From assembly GCA_026023565.1 (NCBI GenBank), contig JAPETS010000079.1:1-46086 (forward strand): 46,086 nucleotides of DNA, written 5' to 3'. Position numbers and translations under genes: made by a program. Of the stretch, positions 35,501 through 46,086 are shown piece by piece. The notes beneath the pieces are model-generated. The model did no database searches and was not told where the DNA came from. It saw only the letters and a list, made by a program, of their open reading frames with translations. The DNA is from Cirrosporium novae-zelandiae (lineage: Eukaryota). Within the stretch, counting starts at the first letter, position 1, and every line of letters begins with the position of its first letter.

Positions 35501-38128
35501 TTTGGATATCCTGCGAACACTTTATAGAGACCAACTGGCAGCATGTGTGCCTCCAGTACTCTCTCCGAAGCGACTCAAAGAATTCATCTCCAAAACCTTT
35601 GGAAGAGTCGATGCCGTTAAGATAGCCAATGAAGAGCATCTTCTCGCTCAACTGAAATATACCCAGCAAGAGCAGGGCCCTTGGATTGATGGGTTCAGCG
35701 ATATATTCCGGGAATGGGTGCGAAAAGCCAGGCAAGCTTATCTTGACTACGCCGCGGCCTTTCCCAATGCTTCTTTCCTCATCCGCCAGGAAGCCGAGAG
35801 AAATGTTTTATTTAAACAATTCTTGGCTCAAGTACGGGATGACCCGAGAGCGAAAAAGCTTGACTGGGATACGTTCCTTAAGGCACCCCTAACTCGGTTA
35901 CCCCGATATGATCTGCTACTGGCGACAGTGCTCAAGAATTCCATCCAAGAAAATGAGGAAAAGGCCAAACTTAGGAAAACCATAGAAGAGATCAAGGCCT
36001 TTACGTTCGAATGCGAAGCGAAAGTAGGGGAAAGTGCTAAAAAGGTCAATTTGGCCGAGCTTTCTTCCAAATTGAAGCTAAGGGAAGGAATGGATAGAGA
36101 AGTCAACCTGAACCTGAACCACCTGGGCCGGGAGTTGATATTTCGTGGGGATCTCCAGAGAACTGGTTCAAGAAGTTTGACTTGGCTGGAAACACATGCC
36201 ATTCTTTTCGACCACTACCTGGTACTAGCAAAGACTCATATCACACGAGATGCAACCGGAGGCTTGAAATATGAGTCGTATGATGTGTCAAAGCTTGTGA
36301 GTACTTTTGCTGTGCATCTAAAACTACTGCTAACTTCTCTAGCCAATACCCATGGACCTTCTTGTCCTCGAGAGTACCAATGATGATCCTGTATCAAAGT
36401 CCGCTGTACGAGGTATTGGCGGTACTGTGACAACCACGAGATCTACCACAGATGCGCGGTTTAACCACCTGGGCACAGGTCAAACTGGACCTGGCACCTT
36501 ACAGCATGCTAATACTAGTACTTCGGTTGCATCTACCGGGAGCACTTCGTCAAAGTCGATGATCACAACCACTGTTCTTGATGGTCCCAAAGATGAGAAA
36601 ATCATGTTCCCTTTTAGAATCAAACATCTTGGCAAGGCTGATGTTTACACGCTTTACGCTCCTTCAGCTTCCAACAGACGGGATTGGTGTGAAAAAATCA
36701 TCGAAGCTAAGACGAAGCACGCAGCAGCTCTTTTTGCCCAGAATGCTGAACCATTCCGATTGCGAGTCCTGGCTGATGCTGCATTTGGGTACGATGCCAT
36801 CGCTGCCGGTCCCAGGAGTGTTATGATTCAAGGCACACCACTGGATCGGGCAATTCAAGATGTCGAAAAGAAATTTCAAAATGTGGGTAGGCCTGCACCA
36901 ATTTGCAGAGCGACCGTGAACTGCGCCACGACCTTCACTCAGCCTTATCCAGGAGGGAAGATGGTCTCCGTCGGCACGGACTATGGGGTCTATATCTCCG
37001 ACTATCACAACCCCCGAGGTTGGACAAGGGTAAGTTTCTCTGGCGGCAGCGTTGTGGAATGAGCTAATCACCATCAGGTCATCCAACAAACGCGTGTTAC
37101 TCAGATTGCCGTTCTTGAAGAATTCAACCTTTTCTTGGTGCTCGCGGATAAATCCCTCATTGCATATCATCTCGACGCCGTTTGTCCCGTTAATGGGGTT
37201 CCTCCACAGAATGATTCTTCGAGGCGGGCTCCTCAGAAGCTCTCTGGAGCGCGAGATGTTGGATTCTTTGCGATAGGTAGAATGAAGGATAGGACCCTCG
37301 TGTTTTATAAGAAGCGTGATGGGATTCATTCGACCTTCAAAGTAAGTTATTGTTTCATGCTTCGCTCTTCGATATCGATGCTAAGCTCCGTTCCCACAGG
37401 TGCTCGAACCCATTCTTCACCGTTCTGCCACATCAACTCGTTCCCGTCTCCTTCCTCTCCGTCGCTCCGGCGGCTCTACCGACTTCTTCCGAGACTACGA
37501 CGAGTTCTATATTCCCACCGATACTTACTCTCTCAATCTCTTCACCTCATCTCTCGCCGTTTCCACCGCCCGTGGTATCGAAGTCCTCACCCTTGACAAG
37601 AAACTACCTTGGTCTGTCCCGAATTTCGATAAATCTCTTGGCGAAGACTACGAAAATGTCCGTGGCATCGCAAACCGCATCGCAAACCTCAGGCCGCTTG
37701 GCATGTTCCGTCTCAGCGAGAGTGAATTCCTTGTCGTCTTGGATGAGTGTGCTGTTTATGTCAACAAGCATGGAGACGTCAACCGTAGTGTGGTGATGGA
37801 GTTCGTTGGGAAGGCGAAGGAAGCTGCCATGCAAGGTCCCTTTCTCCTTTTGTTTGATGAGGGCTTCGTTGAAGTTCGAAATGCTGTTAATGGCCGATTA
37901 CGCCAAGTCATATCTGGGCGAGATATCCGATGTCTGGATGATGGTGGAGGTGGTGGAGGAGGAGCCCTGGGTATTCCTAGCACTCTAAGCTCGGTGAATG
38001 GTTCGAATGGAAACAACATTTCTAGTGCGGTCGAAAAGCAAACGGTCAAGATTTGCATGCAACATCCGGAGTATGAGAAGAGTCAAGTTGTTGTGGAGCT
38101 GGTCATAAACGAGGGACAAAAAGAGTGA
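32592..38128 (+). CDS. rgf3: Rho1 guanine-nucleotide exchange factor, Rgf3/Tus1 type (disordered N-terminus, DH, PH, CNH), about 1794 aa. Exons 32592-36296, 36343-37029, 37078-37341, 37400-38128
   Basis: CTEPWALS..GTGCYSPKLH..CYSHHC; DH (RQHNLHEIITTEDGY, FLKAPLTRLPRYDLLL); PH (LFDHYLVLAK..YTLYAPS); CNH (VGTDYGVY, LVLADKSLIAY). Three canonical introns. Confidence 0.9.
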
Positions 38129-39339
38129 TATCTGGAGGGGATCTTTTAGGTGTCAATAGATGGATATCCGAAGCACAGATGGCGCGATATTGATTTTTAG
38201 AATATCGGTTGTTACCTGGAAAAGTAACAGTACAAGGGCAGGTCCGTTGGATGGGCAAAAGTCTTTTGTTGTATAAGTTGGATTTTGGTTGGCTTGCTAC
38301 AGGAAAGCAGTCACGCAGTCCGGGCCTTCTGATCTAACCATTTATGCGTTCGATTTCATTTCTTGAATTTGGTGTATGGGGATTTAACCGGGCGGCGCAG
38401 ATGGACTTATTTCCATAGTTCTTGGTTTGGAGTTTTGGCTTTTACTTCAAGTCAGGGGCGTGAAATTGGTTTTACGGTCTCTGTTGGCGTTTGCCTTGGG
38501 ACGGGGTTGCATGTGGATATTTCGGGGTTGGAATTGGCGGTAATGATATCGTATCGCATGCATTGCATTTTATAATTGGGAAATGGATGAGATGAGAGAA
38601 TGGATATTCATTAGCTTTCAAATTTTTTGTTTCTTTTTCTTCACTTCTTCCTTTTCTTGAGGATATTCTTTCTTGCTTTACTTCTTTTTCATTGATGTGA
38701 TGTGGATTTTTTGATCCCTTTGATCTCTTTCTAGTTAGAGCGAGCGAACCAATCTAAGTGAAGTAGTTGTGCCAGCATTAAGCGCTGAGCAGTAAGGAAT
38801 GAATGCTATTTTGTTGCTGTTATTTGGAATTGGATCGTAGCATAAACATGTTTGAAAATATCTACCATTCATATCTTTAGGGTTCGATAAACCTGGTTAG
38901 ACAATTTTAAACCTGCCAAGGCTTATGGTTGAGTCTAATTCTACGAAACACCTTTCAAGATGCTCTTGCGAATCCGATATCTGTGGACCCATCTCACACC
39001 ATCCAGTACTTTGTTTGTAAAAAGATCTCTATTCTTACAAAACCGACGATAGAATGCTTGTTCCATTGCAAGACCTTTCGTTCATTTTCACGATCCTTGA
39101 TTTGTACTCAAGAAGTATTGAGCAATGTCATGTATCTTCTACGATTCATGATTATGAGGTATATAATGGCTGGTTCTATGAGGGTTAGTGCCCATCAATT
39201 CGAGTTTCAACAGAATCTACTCTACCTCAAGACATTAAGCTCACAACTAGTCGAATCGCCCTTCATCTCAGCTTATTATCAGGGGTTATCACCAGGATAG
39301 GCGCGAAGCATAATAGGAGTGCTTATTTCCAAACATGCA

Positions 39340-40737
39340 ACTTTACCCCTTCTACCAAAGCCCTGGAATCCCTCCAGACTGCAAAAGATCGGAATTTGCA
39401 TATATCCTCTGATGAACGATTGCCGGAGGACATTAGAAGTAAGGACTCTAAATCCATTAGCTCTTCTGGCTGCATAGCTCTACTCACCTGATGGAAAGAA
39501 TTCTACAAGGTCTATATCGACCATAATAATAAAATATGGGATGTAACCCTGGTCCTGGTCATCAGAAGCAAAAATATTAATACTGTAAGTGACTTTCATA
39601 TTGAGTATAGAATTTGCCTAACTACTCACACCGCAAAGAATTATCACCTTCAGGTTCTAGTATCTAAAAATTATCCTTATCGATATGCTCCGACTGCTTC
39701 TTGGGGAAAAATTGGGTGGAGACGTCAAGGTAAACGCTTTGGTGATGGAACTTTTCACCATGCGATTCAAATTTTCGACGAAAAGCTCAATGCGTATTTA
39801 ACAAACTCCTACGCTCGCCAACAAGAAGACGATCGGCATATAATACGTGCCCCTTTAAGAAGTGCTTTGATCTTAGAAAGAGCCTTTGAGAGCAGTTTAG
39901 AATCAAAAGAGGAATCGGCAAATAGCCCCACAGGCACTCGAATCCAATATCCAACAAACCTGTTCAAAACTTACAGAATGGAGAGCACCTTGCCAGAATC
40001 CGTTCAACGACTTATGAAATTGATATTCAGCGTTGACAGCTTCCTATCGGCAATAACTAGCATGGGGCTAGATACGAACAAGTTGCTTAAACTGATTGAA
40101 TATCCTAAGCATGTAAATAGCCTTCTAACGACATTGGACCAGATTGGGCTTAATAAGGAGTCTGATCGAAAAGTGTTTCCACTAGGCAAGCTGAGCAAGA
40201 AGACGGTTGAAGCTGGGCTCAACCTGCTAAAGGATATGAACGAATTGTTGTCCGGCTAGTCTATTTCTGTTTCCAAAAATCAAGAATCTTTCCAAGCCGC
40301 TCTCGACCATCTGAATAGTTAATGTTACTCGCGGATTCCACATGCCTCAGGTCGTATGCCTCTTCCTCTCATTGGCGACGCGAATGCGATTAGGCGAGAA
40401 TCCGAGGTTCTTGAATCGCTCTTTGACATTGGTACTGGCCTTGACAAACGGCCTTCGCCTTCCTCATGGATATACAACCGAAATAGCTAAGTCCTATAGA
40501 TACGGAATTTTTTTTGCCGATGTGTATGTTGTTATGCTTGATTATGATCTAATTGAGTACTAATCCCAACTTACTAGAGCTCTAAAATCGCTACAGTATT
40601 CGGGGGTTATACAGTGTCCCACCCTCCTCCTGCTCTGCGAAGTCGAGCTAGGAAAAGTGCTAGACTATACTTCAAATGAAGCAAGAAGCAGCCCACGCTA
40701 CACCTACAATGAAATATACGGTGGACCAATAGATTGA
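39340..40737 (+). pseudogene. Decayed poly(ADP-ribose) polymerase (WGR + regulatory + partial catalytic domain)
   Basis: YKVYID..IWDVTL, YHLQVL..SWGKIG (WGR-like); ESTLPESVQRLMKLIF, PLGKLSKKTV, YSRIPHASGR (regulatory domain) with in-frame stops at 40257 and 40320; catalytic remnants GIFFADV, SSK, LLLCEVELG, YNE. The HGS segment was not found. Confidence 0.85.
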
Positions 40738-41436
40738 AAGCATGGCTTGGATATAGAGAGAGAAATTAGGTCCAATCCCATCAAATTCGGTTTGAATAGC
40801 TTACGACTTATCACCCTTACTGTTTTTGATTAATACTGTAGTTGGAAGGTTTTTATAAGATGTAATAATGTTGAAAATGGAAAGATTTAACGGCTGTTGG
40901 TAGAACTGGCGATGTGTGGGAAGGGATGCTGGGTAATATGATGGTGATTGGTCTTCCAAAGACGCCATTGTTCAGAGTGATGATCATTTCTATGGTTGTC
41001 CAAATATTTGATTCCTTTCACCGAGACATTGCAGAAGAAATATGTGACAAAGAGGGATCAATAATGGAAGAGCTCTCGTTGGTTGAATAACGGACCAAAG
41101 AAAAAGAAGCCGGGTCAGGTCAAAACCCCTCCTTAGATAGCCCCGATGGCCTCTTCGATAGCGTCAGATGAAAGAGTCTTGGCAACTTTAAACTTGATGT
41201 TCGTTCGGCATCGGCACCATATGAAAAACTTCACCTTTTCCCACTTCCCACTTCCCACTTCCCACTTCCACCTTACCCACCTTTCCCTTCCTCCCATCTT
41301 CATCATTACATTACGGACCCTCCCCGCTTTGAACTATAGCCACTTTGTCGCACAAATTTTTTCTTCATCCACAATTCTTCTTCATTTCTATTCCTCTTCA
41401 ATCATCAATTGTGCTGAAAAAGGCACCGTTGCTCTT

Positions 41437-41685
41437 ATGCGTGCTGCTCCTACCACCTTCACTTCCCAGGTATGCTTTAATCCACCGCTTTTTACCTTTC
41501 ACTGGTGCCATTCCCCCCCACTTGGGCATTTGTATCGCCATGTCTTCATATTTGGGCTCTATCAAGAGTTTGACTGACAATTGTATCTATAGGACTATAT
41601 CTCCGGTATAATTGCTTTTTCTTCCCTCCGATTGCGCTGTGACTCACATTCTCTAGACCACTTGTGGAAAGCCAACGTCAATTAA
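41437..41685 (+). CDS. AAP: Arginine attenuator peptide uORF, MRAAPTTFTSQDYISDHLWKANVN (24 aa). Exons 41437-41469, 41593-41605, 41657-41685
   Basis: The spliced product matches the N. crassa arg-2 AAP core FTSQDYLSDHLW (D12, W19 conserved). Two GT-AG introns. Stop codon is 45 nt upstream of the CPA1 ATG. Confidence 0.95.
41640..41646. promoter_or_regulatory. Gcn4/CpcA (cross-pathway control) element TGACTCA in uORF intron 2
   Basis: Perfect consensus upstream of an arginine biosynthesis gene. Confidence 0.6.
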
Positions 41686-41730
41686 GAATAAAAACTTTTC
41701 AATTGCTATATCCTTACGAAATCACCCATA

Positions 41731-43241
41731 ATGTTTGCACGATCCATGTCCAAGGCGCCATTGCGTCCAATGGCCATGCAAGCAATCAAGAAGCCTGGTT
41801 TCGCTATGCGTTTCCTGGCAACTGTGGAAAATACCACACCTACCACCCGGCAAATGCCAAAACACAAGGCTCGGGGCACTCCAGTTTCTCATGATCGAGC
41901 TACTTTCATGATCAGGGTGCGTGACGAATGCATATAAAAGGAAGGCTATAACTAATTAATCGCCAGGATGGTCCAATCTTTCACGGAAAGTCCTTTGGAG
42001 CCAAGACCAACATTTCTGGAGAAGCCGTTTTTACCACCTCTCTTGTCGGGTATCCTGAATCTCTCACCGATCCTTCATATCGTGGTCAAATTCTGGTCTT
42101 TACCCAGCCATTAATTGGCAACTATGGTGTGCCGTCCTCTACCCGAGATGAGCACGGATTATTGAAATATTTTGAATCACCAAACATCCAGGCAGTCGGT
42201 GTCGTGGTAGCCGACGCCGCAGAGAAATATAGCCATTGGACTGCTGTTGAGAGCTTGAGTGAATGGTGTGCCAGAGAAGGTGTTCCTGCTGTTACTGGCG
42301 TTGATACTCGTGCCATTGTTACTTACCTTCGAGAACAAGGATCTTCATTAGCTCGTATCACCATTGGGGAGGAATATGATGCAGATCAGGATGAAGCTTT
42401 TGTTGATCCTGAACAGATTAACCTTGTTCGTAAGGTCAGTACAAAGGCTCCATTCCATGTGAGCTCTAGCAATGGAGACCTTCACGTGGCCGTCATCGAC
42501 TGTGGCGTGAAGGAGAATATTCTTCGAAGTCTGGTTAGCCGTGGAGCAAGCGTGACGGCTTTCCCCTACGACTTTCCCATCCACAAAGTCGCTCATCATT
42601 TCGATGGCGTCTTCATCTCTAATGGTCCTGGAGATCCAACCCATTGCCAAGAGACTGTTTATCATCTTAAGAAATTGATGGATTCATCTCAAATTCCTGT
42701 CATGGGCATCTGCCTTGGTCATCAACTTTTAGCCCTTGCAGTTGGAGCTCGCACTATCAAGCTCAAGTACGGTAACCGGGCTCACAATATCCCTGCCTTG
42801 GACCTTACTACCGGAAGATGCCACATTACTAGTCAGAACCATGGCTATGCCGTTGATGCATCCACCCTTCCGGAGGACTGGAAGGAATACTTTATTAATC
42901 TTAACGATTCTAGTAACGAAGGTTAGTTTATGCCCCAATAATCTTATCATTAATCCACTAACGTTTTTTCCCCAGGAATGATCCACAAAACCCGTCCAAT
43001 ATTTAGCACCCAATTCCATCCTGAAGCTAAGGGTGGTCCCTTGGACTCCTCCTATCTTTTTGACGCCTACCTTGACAGTGTTGCCAAGTATAAGCAAAGC
43101 CAATCTCTCTTTACACCTACCCGTGACTCTAGGCCAAGTCCATTGCTTGCCGATATCTTGTCTAAAGAACGGGTGGGTGTTGCACCCAAGTTTGGAGAAA
43201 ACCAGATGCCTTCTCCAGCTACTGTGGCTGCCGCTGCTTGA
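41731..43241 (+). CDS. CPA1: Arginine-specific carbamoyl-phosphate synthase small subunit, mitochondrial (about 468 aa). Exons 41731-41916, 41967-42921, 42976-43241
   Basis: Arg-rich presequence; [40 protein letters not shown] (catalytic Cys); [15 protein letters not shown]. Confidence 0.97.
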
Positions 43242-45581
43242 ACCTGGTAGTGTATAGGTGGAGAAAAGTTGGGAGTTGGTATTGGTGCAATTATGATGTG
43301 AATACTTTAGGGCTGCTTCCATGACCTCTAGCCATTCGTTCAATGCGCCGAGACATTGGCGTATTATGTGAAGTATTATGGATACATGTTGTTTATCTTC
43401 CTGGTGGAATTTGTGTCTCAGCTATTAACGCTTTAGTTGGCAAAATATGGAAATTTGATTTTTAATATTATTATCTACTGGTCGCAATTTCGGATCTTTT
43501 AGATGTAGTGATCTGGGTATCCTCGACCTACAGTAGGTACCCACGATGACTCAACCTTGGAGTAACATGACTGATCATCTACAATTTCTTTAGTGTATAT
43601 TCATTTAACAAAACCCAACTATGCATAAAACAGCTGAAGACGATTATCCAATACACCCAGACAACCATAAATCCCAAAATACGCTCTCCCAACTTCCCCC
43701 CTCATTTCTTCCCTAATTGTTACGGTTCCCTATTAGGCTAGACCTTAGGGCACGCACCCTAGGCTCACCTTATAAGGTGACACTAACAAATAAATAATAC
43801 ACAAGGCTGATAACATCTATCTTCTCACTCTCTCTCTGACCCAAAAAATATAATTTCACAAATTCTTTAATTCAATTCAATTCAGTTTCTTAATTATTTA
43901 TTTCGCATGTGCTTAGTATATGCTTGGTGTGATCATATATATAATGGAGGGTGTAGGGTTGTAGTGTACTTGACTAATTAATTAACGCTCTTGGGAATCT
44001 GGAAACCCTAACGTGGGATGTTAATTAGGGCTAATTATATAAGCACGTGACTCGGCCTACTTATTTTATTCCAGGGAAAATAATAATTTAAAGTTTCGGG
44101 AAGATCTGAGCTTTTAACCGAATTGGGGTTTAAATTGGGAAATCCTTTTTTCTTTCTTTTTTTTTTTTAAAAGAACTTTTATATAATTATGTCTCCCTTT
44201 CTGTAAAAAAAAAAAAAAAATGAAAAAGAAAAAGGGTTAATATGTTATTAATTATATAGATTGAAGTGGTTGAAATGGTTGTGTGGGATGGTTTTTTGGA
44301 TATAGGGATGTGGGGATGTGGGGGGGATATATGGGAAGAGTTGGATATGAATTGTAGATATATTAACGAAAGGGGGAGGAATTGAGGGCAGTTGCTTTTC
44401 TTTTTTTTTTTTTTGAAGGAGGGCTAGAGGAGGGACCTCTTTCCAAGCAAGGATAGATAAGTAAATACTAATTGCCATCATTATATGAAACCAACCTATA
44501 AGTAAATATAGGATGAATTGGGGTTTACAATATCCATATCTCCTATAATGTTATCCCCCTCCCCCCTCCTCCCTTAGACTGTAGACCCGTTTCTTTATTT
44601 CTTTCTTTTTCGACGACTCTATTAGACTATTATCCTTTCCTTTCTTTTTCTTTTTAGATATTCTCTTATCCAAAAGAAGAGAGCAGAAAGCTGGTATGAT
44701 TTACTCATGGCAAGACCTGGGTGGTCGTTAAACCAATCAAGCTTGGTATATATATATATGTTACATTGTCCATTGCTACGGTATACAAGTTACTTGTTCC
44801 AAGTTATGATTGATTAACGGGTTACTTAAGCTTATTAGCGCGGGCTATATTTACTATAAGCAACAACTATTAGTATAGAAAAATAAAAAGATTGGTTTTT
44901 ATTATATAAGACCCCCCCGAGGGTGTTCTCTTGTATCTATCAACATCATGACTAAGATTTGATACTTTCTTTTGTAGATGTCTACCTACCTTAGGTGGAT
45001 ATACTGGATATACTGGGTCCTTTGTTGTACTTTACTTTATTTTTATTCAATGACATGATATGACACGGCATGATATGATATGATATGATTATCGTATAGA
45101 AAGAGAAAGAGAAAGAGAAAGAGAAATGCAAAGAGAAATGGATAGATAGATAGGGCCGGCTTAGGTAAGGTAAAGTAAGGCAAGGTGGAGAGGAGATAGA
45201 AGATGGAAGGGGAAGCCATCAAGGTACCTAAAAGTAGGCCACTCTTGTGTTGATTATTTATACGATGCGCTATCAAAATGTTCAAATCGAATCTGTACTA
45301 TACACCGTACATGTGTACATGCACGATTACTATTATCAACACATATGAAACCTTCCAACAACAACAACCACTATTATTATTTTAACTCCTGAGATTCATT
45401 ATTGGTACCAGTGGCTCCTATGGTTTAGTGGTAGGTAGGTAGGTAGGTAGATGGCTAGTCCGTCCATCTCTATAGAAAAAAAAAAAAAAAAAAAAAAGTA
45501 ATTAACCCGATAGACAATCTAAAAAGAAACAATAAAAGACTGAAAAGTATCTAATCTAGTGGACCATGAATATAAACCCTT

Positions 45582-45612
<31 letters not shown>

Positions 45613-46086
45613 TCAGTACGTTTGATGGATGGATAGCCGTGGGATTCTAATGGATAGATGAATGATTCCAATGGATACAGTAGCTGTTCGGGCTTTCTAA
45701 TTATAAGATTGACTTTACTTGAGAAATTCCATCTTCCTTTTCTATCTGGACCTCGGTGATGGATCAATCGTGACGGGGATGATGTCATGGCAATTTTCTA
45801 GCTCAGAGGGGAAAAAAACAAAAAAAAACAAAATAAAACAAGATGAACTACTTGGAGATTAAGGGTTCTATTGTGGAAAAAAAAAAGAGAGAATAAAACC
45901 CTTTCAGGATATAGGCAAGTGATTCAGCCAAAAGAGTAACTATTCTCTCCATCTAAAATAACCCCCCCCCCCCCAAAAAGCTTACTAGAATGACTGAGTA
46001 AGGAAAACAATCAACCCCCCCTTTTAACTTTGCTGTTGTTAGAGGACCTAGGGTCATAGATGAATGACTGGGTCTGACTGGTGATA

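Noticed and set aside
5335..43343. Many long antisense or alternate-frame ORFs overlapping real genes (e.g. 5335-5802, 16203-16802, 33901-34683, 36664-37329, 42729-43343)
   Set aside because: Shadow ORFs explained by the codon structure of the true genes.
45411..45475. GCTCCTATGGTTTAGTGGTAGG resembling a tRNA 5' half/A-box (similar at about 3061)
   Set aside because: Runs into (GGTA)n; no anticodon arm, T-loop GTTCRA or acceptor pairing.

Overview
Eukaryotic genomic DNA from a filamentous ascomycete (Pezizomycotina-like). Genes have short GT-AG introns with CTRAY branch points, and intergenic DNA is often very rich in homopolymers and microsatellites. In order, the window holds: a fungal atypical protein kinase split by a frameshift in a G7 run; a convergent NLR-type gene (HeLo/SesA-like N-terminus, NACHT, ankyrins); btgC-type GH17 beta-1,3-glucanase; a small orphan ORF; SQT1; a GPI-anchored BIM1/X325-like putative copper protein; an epoxide-hydrolase-like alpha/beta hydrolase; a 4CL/phenylacetyl-CoA-ligase-like enzyme; an SRA-like/Cys-rich/AlkB-type 2OG-Fe(II) dioxygenase fusion preceded by about 1.8 kb of apparently spliced non-coding leader; an Rgf3-type RhoGEF (DH-PH-CNH); a decayed PARP pseudogene; and CPA1/arg-2 with its three-exon arginine attenuator peptide uORF, which the ORF track misses. 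Exon coordinates were worked out by eye. Family assignments come from motif recognition, not database searches. No rRNA, tRNA, CRISPR array or intact transposon was found.
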